From contig JBBQKH010000004.1 in assembly GCA_038326735.1 (NCBI GenBank), positions 6,696-70,695 of the forward strand: 64,000 bases of DNA, in the 5' to 3' direction. This DNA is from Cyanobacteriota bacterium (GTDB taxonomy: Bacteria; Cyanobacteriota; Cyanobacteriia; JARCMD01). Position numbers and translations under genes: made by a program. Shown one piece after another: positions 1 to 8,863 of the stretch. Positions within the stretch are counted from its first letter, which is position 1; every line of letters begins with the position of its first letter. The notes below the pieces were generated by a model, which ran no database searches, had not been told where the DNA came from, and saw only the letters and a program-made list of their open reading frames with translations.

Positions 1-1225
1 GATGACTTCGGTAACGCGGACTTTGAGTTGACCTTGGCTGAGGTGGATGTGGAGTTCTGTACCCACGGTGAGGGCGGAGGTGGAACGGGCAATATTCCCG
101 TTTTCCTGCCTGACTAGGGCGTAGCCGCGCCGCAGCACTGCCTGGGGATCAATGGCAACTAATTTCTGGCTCAGAAATTGTAGCTGCTGAGTCGCTTGCT
201 GAGTGCGATGGGTGGTAGCGTGGTGCAGCCGTTGTCGTAACTGGCTCAGGGAGCGCTTTTGCTGCTGAAGGTGCCGATCGATTAACCGGGGCTGCAATCG
301 GACTTTCAATTGATGCAGTTGGTGGGTGGCTAGCTCCAGATGGTAGCGAACTGCCCCTTGGAGTTGTTGGGTTCGATCGCGGTGTTCTGTGTAGAGAGCA
401 GACAACTGTGGCACTGCTTGCTCAGCGGCGGCGGTGGGCGTGTGGGCACAGACATCGGCCACCAAGTCTGCCAGGGATTCGTCTCGCTGGTGTCCAATGC
501 CTGCAATGACGGGAATCGGGCAGGTGACGATCGCCCGCATCACGCGCTCATCATTGAAACAAGCCATGTCTTCTGTCGCTCCGCCGCCCCGGGACAAAAT
601 CAGCACCTCTGCCCGTCCATCCCGTCCCACACGATCGATCGCTGTGGCAATGGAATCTGGAGCTTGGTCACCTTGCACGAGGGCAGGAGAAAATAGCACC
701 TGCAACCCCGGATATCGGTGGCGCAAGGTTCGCTGAATATCGCCCCAGGCAGCAGCTTGGGGTGATGTAACCACCGCTACAATTTGCGGATGCCGGGGCA
801 AGATTCGTTTGCGTTCTGAGTCAAAGAGACCTTCTGCCTCCAGCCGATCGCGTAACTGACGATACCTGAGCGATCGTAACCCTTCCCCCGCAGGCAACGC
901 TTGCCACACCACCAGTTGGTACTGTCCCTTTGGCGGATGCACCCCAACCCGTCCCAACACAATCAACTGCTCCCCTAGCACTGGCAACGTTGCCAATTGC
1001 TCCATCTCACTGTTCCAAATCACGCAACTCAGAGCCGCCTTGCCATCGGGGTCTTGGAGGGTGAAAAATAGCCCGCTGCGATGGCGAAACAGACTGGAAA
1101 CCTCTCCAGTCACCCAAACTTGATACAACTGGTCATCTTGGGACAGAAGCGCTTGAATGTAGTCCGTTAGCCCTCCAACGGAGAGGGCTGTATCTGGAAT
1201 TAATAATTTTGCGTTGTAAATCATG
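1..1225 (-). CDS. xseA: Exodeoxyribonuclease VII large subunit (3' end runs off the left edge)
   Basis: Minus-strand frame is open from ATG (1225-1223) to position 1. It is missing from the ORF track because there is no stop in the window. My translation MIYNAKLLIPDTALSVGGLTDYIQALL..VWVTGEVSS..LILSRGGGATEDMACFNDERV matches the ExoVII large subunit pattern. Confidence 0.85.
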
Positions 1226-1303
1226 CTCACAGCAAATCCACTTCTATGAAGCCTATGGGAATAGGTAATAATGAGTAATCAGAGATTTTAAAGCCAATTT
1301 CAT

Positions 1304-1317
1304 AGTACGTTTATACC
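1304..1317. promoter_or_regulatory. Candidate LexA-like box (AGTACGTTTATACC) in the xseA/recA divergent intergenic region
   Basis: One mismatch to the published cyanobacterial LexA consensus RGTACNNNDGTWCB (ATAC instead of GTWC). It lies 79 nt upstream of the xseA ATG and 316 nt upstream of recA. Confidence 0.25.
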
Positions 1318-1556
1318 AAAAAAATGTACAATAGACTAGACGAAATCCTGGCTTTGCTCTTAACCTCTGTCTCAAGTGCGAATGGATGTCTGCCAAAAGC
1401 CGTGGGATTGAGGGCATTTCCAGAGATTCTTCAACTGTTCACGATCGGGAATGCATTATCTTTAGCTTAAGTTTCTACAGTTTCTCAAGCAATCTGCCTG
1501 CCCCGGTCGATCGATCGATTTGTTCAAACGTTTGATTTGTTGAACCCTCTCCGTCC

Positions 1557-1574
1557 AAACGTCATGTGACGTTT
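1557..1574. promoter_or_regulatory. Perfect 18-bp palindrome AAACGTCATGTGACGTTT upstream of recA (candidate operator)
   Basis: Read directly. A related 10-bp palindrome CAAACGTTTG sits at 1525-1534. The site is 60 nt upstream of the recA ATG. Confidence 0.3.
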
Positions 1575-1633
1575 ATGGCATCCCGCTTCCCTAATCCCGT
1601 TACCTTTGCACAACTTTCTGTTTTGAGGCGCTA

Positions 1634-2752
1634 ATGGCTACTAAAAATACTGACAATCAACAAGAGAAGAATAATCCTGACAAATATGCCGAAAAGCAAA
1701 GCCCAGAAAAGCAAAAGGCATTGAGTCTGGTTCTCACTCAAATTGAGCGCAACTTCGGTAAAGGCACCATCATGCGTCTAGGCGATGCCACACGCATGAA
1801 GGTGGAAACAATTCCCAGTGGTGCGTTGACCCTAGACTTGGCCTTGGGTGGTGGGTTGCCCAAGGGACGGGTGATTGAAATCTACGGGCCAGAGAGTTCT
1901 GGTAAAACAACATTGGCGCTGCACGCGATCGCCGAAACCCAGAAGGCAGGAGGCATTGCTGCGTTTGTGGATGCAGAACATGCCCTTGATCCGTCCTACG
2001 CTGCGGCTCTGGGAGTGGATATCCAAAACTTGCTGATTTCCCAGCCTGACACGGGGGAAGCCGCGTTGGAGATTGTGGATCAACTGGTGCGATCGGCGGC
2101 AATCGACATTGTTGTGATTGACTCCGTGGCGGCTCTGGTGCCCCGTGCTGAGATTGAGGGCGAAATGGGAGATACCCACGTCGGACTTCAAGCGCGGTTG
2201 ATGAGCCAAGCCCTGCGGAAAATCACAGGCAATATCGGCAAATCAGGGTGCAGTGTTGTTTTCCTGAACCAGTTGCGGCAAAAAATCGGGATCACCTACG
2301 GCAGCCCTGAAGTGACCACAGGTGGCAATGCCCTGAAGTTCTATGCATCAGTACGCCTAGACATTCGCCGCATCCAGACTTTGAAAAAGGGCACGGAGGA
2401 ATTTGGTACCCGCGCCAAGGTGAAGGTGGCTAAAAACAAGGTGGCTCCTCCCTTTCGAGTGGCTGAGTTTGACATCATCTTTGGTAAAGGAATTTCGACC
2501 GTTGGTTGTATTGTCGATATGGCTGAGGAAACAGGCGTACTTGTCCGTAAAGGAGCCTGGTACAGCTACGCTGGCGAGAATATCAGCCAAGGGCGAGACA
2601 ATGCGATTAAGTACTTAGAGGAAAAGCCAGACTTGGCTAAAGATATCGAGCAGCAGGTACGCCATAAACTGGAAATGGGGGCTGTGGTTTCTGCCAACTC
2701 TGTCGTTATAGATGACGCTGAGGAAGAAGAGGAGTATGTCGAGGAAGAGTAG
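1634..2752 (+). CDS. recA: Recombinase RecA
   Basis: 372 aa. Contains EKQKAL..QIE..FGKG..MRLGD, Walker [10 protein letters not shown] and typical RecA sequence throughout, with an acidic C-terminal tail. Confidence 0.97.
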   Translation: MATKNTDNQQEKNNPDKYAEKQSPEKQKALSLVLTQIERNFGKGTIMRLGDATRMKVETIPSGALTLDLALGGGLPKGRVIEIYGPESSGKTTLALHAIAETQKAGGIAAFVDAEHALDPSYAAALGVDIQNLLISQPDTGEAALEIVDQLVRSAAIDIVVIDSVAALVPRAEIEGEMGDTHVGLQARLMSQALRKITGNIGKSGCSVVFLNQLRQKIGITYGSPEVTTGGNALKFYASVRLDIRRIQTLKKGTEEFGTRAKVKVAKNKVAPPFRVAEFDIIFGKGISTVGCIVDMAEETGVLVRKGAWYSYAGENISQGRDNAIKYLEEKPDLAKDIEQQVRHKLEMGAVVSANSVVIDDAEEEEEYVEEE

Positions 2753-2767
2753 TCATTAGGATTGCTG

Positions 2768-2792
2768 AGTCAGCTTGACGCTCAAGTTGACT
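2768..2792 (+). terminator. Hairpin downstream of recA (possible terminator)
   Basis: agtcagcttga-cgc-tcaagttgact forms an 11-bp stem with one mismatch, 16 nt after the recA stop. No clean T-run follows. Confidence 0.3.
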
Positions 2793-2794
2793 GG

Positions 2795-2960
2795 GTACAT
2801 CTCACTTTTACAAATCTCCGATCCGCCCACCCTTCGGGAAGCAAGCTACATCCCCAACCCTTCTCCCTAGGGAGAAGGGAGCCGGAATTCAAAGTCCTTC
2901 TCCCTAGGGAGAGAGATTTAGGGTGAGGGTGGATCGGGCAGTTGCAAAACTGGGATGCAC
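2795..2960. repeat. Family A palindromic MITE-like repeat, copy A1
   Basis: Core is cccttctccc-N-gggagaaggg ... ctccc-N-gggagag-atttagggtgaggg. Outer inverted arms are catctcacttttacaa / ttgcaaaactgggatg. Confidence 0.8.
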
Positions 2961-3112
2961 CCCAAGTTGGCTCAGCGATCGTAGAATCTGAACCCACAGG
3001 GCAAGCCTTGGCAAGTGTTTCGCCCCAAGGAGCGGGGAATTAACCTAAAGGGATTAATTGAATCTAGCCCTGATGGTAGGATGAACCTATTGCAGCAGCA
3101 CTTCATCCCTCC

Positions 3113-3871
3113 ATGACTCGGATTCGCCTCGACCAACTCGCCAAGCAATACCTAGACGAATTTCTAGAACCTCTGGGCAATGTTCAGTGTCATCCTGAAG
3201 TGCCGGGTGAATCCAAGTTTGTTGATGTTTGGTTTACTCCCAGTTCAAATTCAACCTCAGGGATCGCATTGACTCTTTCGTTGCGAAGAGTTGTCAGTGT
3301 TTGGTTCACTCCCAATTCAAATTCAGCCCCAACCCCGATCGATTTAGGATTGCTGAGTCAGATTGCCACCACACCCTGCTTGCTCGAACCCTTTCGTAAC
3401 GCCCCGACTCCCCAAGACATCAGAGCTTGCCTCTTCAAATTGCTGTGGATGCAAGAAGACCAGCGGCGCAAAATTGAGCAGAACCAAGGCATTCAGACTG
3501 AAGAGGATCTGCACTGGCTGTGGATCCTAGCGGCAAATGTCAGTCCGCCAGTTATTCGTGAGTTTGGGGGACGACAACGCCCCGATCGGCTGCCAGGGAT
3601 CTATTTTCTACCAGAGGCATATATGAGTGCGATCGTCGCCCTCGATGAGTTGCCGTTGACCCCTGAAACATTGTGGTTACGGATTTTAGGGCGAAATGAA
3701 ACGCAACAGCAAGCGCTTGTTGAAATACTAGCAATGCCCAAGGATGATCCCCAGCGATCGACGGTCTTGCAATTGCTGACAAATTGGCGCACTACTGTGG
3801 AAATTACCGGCAATCTGGATGAAGAAGAGCGATCGTTGATGACAACGCTGTCGCAGATACATCTGGAGTAG
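3113..3871 (+). CDS. Hypothetical protein with an internal 24-codon partial duplication
   Basis: 252-aa ORF with no competing frame. I recognise no catalytic motif. The duplicated segment is VDVWFTPSSNS / VSVWFTPNSNS. Confidence 0.5.
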   Translation: MTRIRLDQLAKQYLDEFLEPLGNVQCHPEVPGESKFVDVWFTPSSNSTSGIALTLSLRRVVSVWFTPNSNSAPTPIDLGLLSQIATTPCLLEPFRNAPTPQDIRACLFKLLWMQEDQRRKIEQNQGIQTEEDLHWLWILAANVSPPVIREFGGRQRPDRLPGIYFLPEAYMSAIVALDELPLTPETLWLRILGRNETQQQALVEILAMPKDDPQRSTVLQLLTNWRTTVEITGNLDEEERSLMTTLSQIHLE

Positions 3872-4081
3872 GGGCAAAGAACAAACCAACAAGGACGGCA
3901 GGAAGCAGAACAGTGTCGCTTCAGAAACTGCACCCAGGTTGCGATCGATCGCATTCAATTTTACCCTTCTGGGATTAAATCTGAATTGCCTTCATTATCT
4001 TTAACCATGCTTTATCGCACTGTAGAGGCGAGGACTGCCCTATTTGGCTGATTTCCAGTCTACTTGAACCAGATGTTCGCC

Positions 4082-4759
4082 CTAGGTGGCATAGGCGATC
4101 GGATCTACCTGTCCCAACTCGGCAAAGGCAGCGAGGCGGAGGCGGCAAGCATCGCACACCCCACAGGCAACCGCTTCCCCGGAATAGCACGACCAGGTTT
4201 TTTCCCACGGCACCCCTAATCGATCGCCTAGCTGGATGATTTCAGTTTTTTTCAGTTGGATCAGGGGAGCCACAATCTGAGTTGCCTGTCCTTCTACGCC
4301 CTGCTGCGTTCCCAGGCGAAACACGGTTTGCATCGCAGCGATATACTCTGGGCGACAGTCGGGATAGCCGGAATAATCCAGGCTATTGACTCCGATGTAG
4401 ACGCGATCGGCTGCCAATGTTTCGGCATAGGCCAGGGCAAAGCTGAGAAAAATGGTGTTGCGGGCGGGGACATAGGTGATTGGAATGCTTTGAGCCATTT
4501 CGGTGAGAGAACGATCGCTGGGCAAGGCGATCGTGAGATCTGTCAATGCTGAACCGCCCCACTGGGTGAGATCAAACCGCACCACCTGATGCCCCGCCAC
4601 CCCCGCAGCAGAGCCGATCGCTGCTGCCGCTACCAATTCCCGCCGATGTCGCTGCTGATAGTCGAAGGACAGCGTATAACAGTCGCAGCCATCCGCCTTA
4701 GCCTGATACAAAACTGTCGAGGAGTCCAACCCTCCTGACAGCAAAATAACTGCTTTCAT
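4082..4759 (-). CDS. queC: 7-cyano-7-deazaguanine synthase
   Basis: MKAVILLSGGLDSST PP-loop and a C-terminal CxxCxxC zinc motif (CGVCDACRLR). I prefer the internal ATG at 4759 over the ORF-track start at 4810. Confidence 0.9.
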   Translation of the reverse strand: MKAVILLSGGLDSSTVLYQAKADGCDCYTLSFDYQQRHRRELVAAAAIGSAAGVAGHQVVRFDLTQWGGSALTDLTIALPSDRSLTEMAQSIPITYVPARNTIFLSFALAYAETLAADRVYIGVNSLDYSGYPDCRPEYIAAMQTVFRLGTQQGVEGQATQIVAPLIQLKKTEIIQLGDRLGVPWEKTWSCYSGEAVACGVCDACRLRLAAFAELGQVDPIAYAT

Positions 4760-4839
4760 AACCCCAATCTCCCTAGTGAACCAAACAACGTGAATCAGGC
4801 CCGATCGCAAATTTATAAGCTTGAGATTAGGTAAATTTG

Positions 4840-4907
4840 GTAGGGGCGAAGCATTGGGTCAAAGATTCTGGATAACTACAAAAATTATCGCCCCAATGCT
4901 TCGCCCT
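4840..4907. repeat. Family B hairpin repeat, copy B1
   Basis: The arms gtaggggcgaagcattggg ... ccccaatgcttcgccct are inverted repeats. Confidence 0.75.
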
Positions 4908-5019
4908 TCCGGGTTGCAGCAGAGATTATTGCTCTTACCCTCTTTGCCTTTCAAGATTAAATTCGATCGCCCTCCCCCTCTTTGTCCTTCCCCTTTTTTG
5001 TTCTATGGCGTTACACCTT

Positions 5020-5246
5020 GGGCGAAGCATTGGGGCAAAGATTTTTGCACACTTGCAGAGGTTATCGTCCCAATGCTTCGGGAGCATCTCAGTTTTGTAG
5101 AGGATACGCCAAAACCCCCTCATCCCCCAGCCCCTTCTCCCAAGAGGGGAGAAGGGGAGCAAGATCCAAGTCCCTCTCCCCACCTGGGAGAGGGATTTAG
5201 GGTGAGGGTTGCAAAAGTGAGATGCTCCCCAATGCTTCGCCCCTAC
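5020..5246. repeat. Family B repeat (B2) carrying a nested family A copy (A2 at 5082-5227)
   Basis: Left arm is gggcgaagcattgggg. The right-arm segment cccaatgcttcg occurs on both sides of A2 (5069-5080 and 5228-5240). Confidence 0.7.
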
Positions 5247-5261
5247 AGCAGGACAGTGACT

Positions 5262-8015
5262 TTATTCCCGCTCGACTCGGATCACATTTTCGGTGATCGT
5301 TTCAAAGGTGTCATCGTGGCTAATCACCAGAAGTTGGCGAAACGTTTTCAAGTTTCCTAAGGCTTCTGCCAAGTGTCGGCGACGAGTTATGTCCATGTTC
5401 ATGGTTGGTTCATCGAAAAAGGCAACATCAATATCGGCAAAAACCCGAAGCAAGGCAAGGCGAACGGCCAGGGCCGCCGACATTTGCTCCCCGCCTGATA
5501 AGGTTTTGAAGTTGCGCCAGTATGCCCCTTCCTGCACCTGAATTTCGTAATCTTCCGTCCACCGTAGGGCCAGATTTTGCCGATTCATCAGTTCCCGGAA
5601 GAGGCGATCGGCTTCCCTGGAAATTTGCTCAATGTAAAAGCGGGTAATCCGGGGAGCGCCATCGTTATAGATTTTTCGGGCATCTAGGATAAATTGTTGC
5701 AGGGTTTGTTTTTCTGCCAACTGTGCCTGAGATGTCGTCAGTTGGGTGGCGATCGTGGTGCGGCGATCGAGTTCTCCTGCCAACCGATGTAGGTTTTCGC
5801 GCTTGCCTGGAAGTCCTCCTAGAAGATGGTTGCGGCGATCGTTCCCCTGACTGTAGATGGCTTCTACCTGGGCCAAGCGCGGCGCATCATGCTCCTGGGC
5901 AAGCTGATTCCGTAGGTGGGACTGCTGGGTTTGCTGGCGTTCCACATCAGCCAGTTCTTCCACAGTTGACTCCAAGTCGCGCTGGCGGCTGGACAAGCTG
6001 TTCGCCTCGTTCTGGTTCTGTACATAGAGTAAATAACCGGGCTGCTGGGTTTGCTTGTGTTCCTGCTGCTGCTCAATTTGCTCCTCCAAATCCCCAAAGG
6101 ATGCAAGTTTTTCGTTAATGGCAGCGACCTGGGTTTGCATCGCCTGTTGGCGCTGACTCTGTTGCTGGAACTCTGCCTGAATCTGGGGTTCCTGCTGAAG
6201 TTGCTCCTCCAAGAGCCGATAGCGCCCGTGGGGATCGTTCAACGCTTGCAGGTCAGCCCCGCACTGCGATCGTTGCTGCTGCAAATCTGGCTCTTGGGCT
6301 ACCTGCACTTGCAACTCCAGCAATTGCCCCCGAATTTGCTGCAACTCAGCCTCCAAACTGGTGTACTGCTGCTGCTTGCTGGGCAGGGTTTGAAACTGCA
6401 CCCGCTGATGATAGAGCGTTGTCAGTTGGTTGTTCGTGGTTTCAAGCTGCTGCTGTAACTGGGCTTCATCGGCTTGGTCGGCAATGTCGTCGTAGATTTT
6501 CTGAAGCCGCTCTAGCAACTCCAAGGTCATCTCTTGCCCGGTATCGATCGTGGCCAAGGCAATGTCGATCGCCGGGGCATAGGTGGGAGAAATGGAAGGA
6601 AGAGCGCGCAGGAGCGTAATAGTTTCCTTTGCCTGATGCAGATAGAGATCAAATTGTCGCCGGCCTTTGATCAAAATATCGCCCAACTCAATTTGAAATT
6701 GCTGAGCGGCATTCAATCGAGCCAGATGTTGTTGCATGCGTTGAACCTGAGCTTCCAAGTCGGGAATGTGCTGAATAAAGGGGTTTAAATCGCTGAGCCG
6801 ATCGCACTCTTGGAGGAGGGCAGCTTGCTCAGTTTGCTTCAGCAATTGTTGCCGTTCCAAGGTGTGCAATTCTGTCTTTAAGATCTGCAATTTTTGAAGC
6901 TGCTGGTCAAGGGATTGCCGCTGAGACTCCAAATCGATTTGCTGTTGAATCAAGGGAACAAGCTGTTGCAATTCCGATCGTTTCATGGTGAAACTATCCA
7001 ATTGCGTTTGCAACTGAACTGAGCGAATTCTAAGTTCGTTGAGTTGGGCTTGATGCCGATCGCGCTCCGTGATTAACCGCTGTTTTTGTTGGTTACGTTT
7101 CCCCAATTCGTGCAGCGTTGATTCGGCTTGTTGATAGTCTCGATAGCTTACTTGATTTGCTTGGCAAATAATCACCGCCTGCTGTGCTGCCGCTAACAGA
7201 TTGCTCTGATTTTGTTGAATGTACTGGTAATTAATGAGGCGCGTCTTGAATGTCTGCAATTCAACGTCTAACTGCTGAAGATCCTTTGCTTGGGTCGTCA
7301 TTTGTTCCTTTTCAATCCGCCACTGGTCAAGTTGCTGCTCAAGCTGCTGAAGCTCGCTTTGTTGGTGTTGGATTTCCTGCTCACAGGTGGCATAATCTTG
7401 CTTCAAACTATCCCAATCGGCGAGGCTAGTTTGGTATTGGGCGATCGTCTGCTCTAACTCCCTAACCTGAGCTTTGGCGTAACTTTCTAAGGAAGCTGAG
7501 TCCTTAAACGCTTGCTTGTAAGCCTCAACCTTCAAAATTGGATCAAACACCCGTCTGCGCTCCGTAGCAGACTTGAGAAAATCAACCGTAAAGGTTCCCT
7601 GAGGAATGCCGATCGTGTCTGCAAATAATTTACTCAGTTCCACACTTTCAGCGATTCCCAAGTGCTTTTTCAGCCAGCGAATCACATCTCGATCGCTTTC
7701 TTCTGCCAGCTTTTTGCCCAACTGGGGATCATAAAGTTCATAGCCTTTCGTTGTACAGCGTTTCACTCGATAGGTGCGATCGTCGTCGGCTGAAATAAAG
7801 GTGACCGCAACCTGAGCGCTGCTGGCTCCCTGCCTAATTAATTCCTTTTTGGTGTAGCCGCTATTGCAATCAAATAATGTCCAAGCGATCGCTTCCAAAA
7901 TGCTAGTTTTTCCCGCGCCGTTTTCCCCAGAAATTGCATTGATCCCCGGTTCAAAGGTAATCGCCCGATCGCGGTGCGTCTTAAAATTAGTCAGAACAAG
8001 TGAAAGAATTTGCAT
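5262..8015 (-). CDS. SbcC/Rad50-like SMC-family ABC ATPase, Q-rich coiled coil, no CxxC zinc hook
   Basis: 917 aa. Contains Walker A GENGAGKTS, Q-loop PQGTF, signature LSGGEQ, Walker B VAFFDEP and H-loop VISHD. The central ~650 aa are heptad-like and Q/L/E-rich. Confidence 0.8.
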   Translation of the reverse strand: MQILSLVLTNFKTHRDRAITFEPGINAISGENGAGKTSILEAIAWTLFDCNSGYTKKELIRQGASSAQVAVTFISADDDRTYRVKRCTTKGYELYDPQLGKKLAEESDRDVIRWLKKHLGIAESVELSKLFADTIGIPQGTFTVDFLKSATERRRVFDPILKVEAYKQAFKDSASLESYAKAQVRELEQTIAQYQTSLADWDSLKQDYATCEQEIQHQQSELQQLEQQLDQWRIEKEQMTTQAKDLQQLDVELQTFKTRLINYQYIQQNQSNLLAAAQQAVIICQANQVSYRDYQQAESTLHELGKRNQQKQRLITERDRHQAQLNELRIRSVQLQTQLDSFTMKRSELQQLVPLIQQQIDLESQRQSLDQQLQKLQILKTELHTLERQQLLKQTEQAALLQECDRLSDLNPFIQHIPDLEAQVQRMQQHLARLNAAQQFQIELGDILIKGRRQFDLYLHQAKETITLLRALPSISPTYAPAIDIALATIDTGQEMTLELLERLQKIYDDIADQADEAQLQQQLETTNNQLTTLYHQRVQFQTLPSKQQQYTSLEAELQQIRGQLLELQVQVAQEPDLQQQRSQCGADLQALNDPHGRYRLLEEQLQQEPQIQAEFQQQSQRQQAMQTQVAAINEKLASFGDLEEQIEQQQEHKQTQQPGYLLYVQNQNEANSLSSRQRDLESTVEELADVERQQTQQSHLRNQLAQEHDAPRLAQVEAIYSQGNDRRNHLLGGLPGKRENLHRLAGELDRRTTIATQLTTSQAQLAEKQTLQQFILDARKIYNDGAPRITRFYIEQISREADRLFRELMNRQNLALRWTEDYEIQVQEGAYWRNFKTLSGGEQMSAALAVRLALLRVFADIDVAFFDEPTMNMDITRRRHLAEALGNLKTFRQLLVISHDDTFETITENVIRVERE

Positions 8016-8022
8016 AGTATTC

Positions 8023-8652
8023 TTAGATTATTAATGCGCCTAATTTCTTTAATACTGCTAACACATCATAAAGTTCATTTCGTCGATTGGAGAGAGCAAA
8101 TGCATCTGACAATGCGTAGTGGGGTGGCTCCGTTTTATCTAACTTAATGAAAATGAATTCTCTGCCATTTGTGACAGCACCAAAGACTGGATTTGTTATC
8201 GGCGGACTCATCAACATATAGGATAATGCTTGCGGAATAGCCAAGGTGACATCAAACTTAGTTTGTTTTGATTCGATCGCCAACACCCAAAGTTGAGATT
8301 GTAAAACCAAGACATCTAGCCTACCCTTCAGCACTTCATCTCGATTCTTAACAGCAAGTTCCACCGAATATTCTGTGGCAATTTCAAAGGGTGGCAAGTA
8401 GAATCCTGCTAAATCTAGAAGGCGAGAAAGAACCACCATTTTCACCAAGTCTTCTAACAGAATCGATCGCTGATTGAGATGCAAATAACATTCTTTGACG
8501 CGATCGAGGGCTTGGGCTTCTGAATCAGTCACGGAGGGCAAACCTTCCATCCATTCTGGGAAGAAACTCTCATCTTTGACCATTTGCAACCCAAACTTTT
8601 TCTGCAAATCATACAAACTTAGCGTGTTCGCTTGAATTATTAGTTGTGTCAT
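8023..8652 (-). CDS. PD-(D/E)XK nuclease-fold protein, HsdR-N-terminal-like
   Basis: 209 aa. The motif GRLDVLVL..WVLAIESKQ fits D..(E/x)xK. The stop is 8 nt upstream of the SbcC-like start. Confidence 0.5.
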   Translation of the reverse strand: MTQLIIQANTLSLYDLQKKFGLQMVKDESFFPEWMEGLPSVTDSEAQALDRVKECYLHLNQRSILLEDLVKMVVLSRLLDLAGFYLPPFEIATEYSVELAVKNRDEVLKGRLDVLVLQSQLWVLAIESKQTKFDVTLAIPQALSYMLMSPPITNPVFGAVTNGREFIFIKLDKTEPPHYALSDAFALSNRRNELYDVLAVLKKLGALII

Positions 8653-8686
8653 TGGAATTCTTCCCCGTTCAAAATCCTTAATCTTA

Positions 8687-8863
8687 GAGAGTGTTTTAAA
8701 AGTGATTGAGGTCTTGCACTTGCCCCCTTTTCATGTATGCCTGTCATGTATGCCTGAAAGGCTTTAAGGCCCCAATTCTGGGGGACTTTAACCTCAGAAC
8801 CCCCCAGAATTGGGGGGCTGGGGGGCGGTTCGGGCGACGATTCGTAGCTTTTAAGACATCCTC
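8687..8863. mobile_element. Family C MITE, copy C1, flanked by TTA direct repeats
   Basis: TIRs are gagagtgttttaaaag / cttttaagacatcctc. Core is ccccaattctggggga...cccccagaattgggggg. TTA occurs at 8684-8686 and 8864-8866. Confidence 0.8.

Noticed and set aside
340-962. Track ORFs 340-696(+), 434-736(+) and 777-962(-)
   Set aside because: All lie inside the long minus-strand xseA frame, in other frames or on the opposite strand. Their products are low-complexity and carry no motifs.
2782-2997. 71-aa minus-strand ORF
   Set aside because: It is made entirely of family A repeat sequence. The same pseudo-peptide (PSP..GEG type) recurs wherever the repeat occurs.
4760-4840. preQ1 riboswitch upstream of queC, and a cobalamin riboswitch upstream of cobO (9518-9690)
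   Set aside because: I could not find the conserved preQ1 loop/ACTA tail or a B12 box (GCCACTG-like) in either leader.
4821-5360. 179-aa plus ORF, with 4935-5183(-) and 4982-5200(+)
   Set aside because: These read through the B1/B2/A2 repeats and then run antisense into the 3' end of the SbcC-like gene. This is a repeat-derived open frame, not a gene.
5293-6788. Several plus-strand ORFs (82-135 aa) opposite the SbcC-like gene
   Set aside because: The CAG/CTG-rich coiled-coil codons keep the antisense frames open. The products are Leu/Gln low-complexity.
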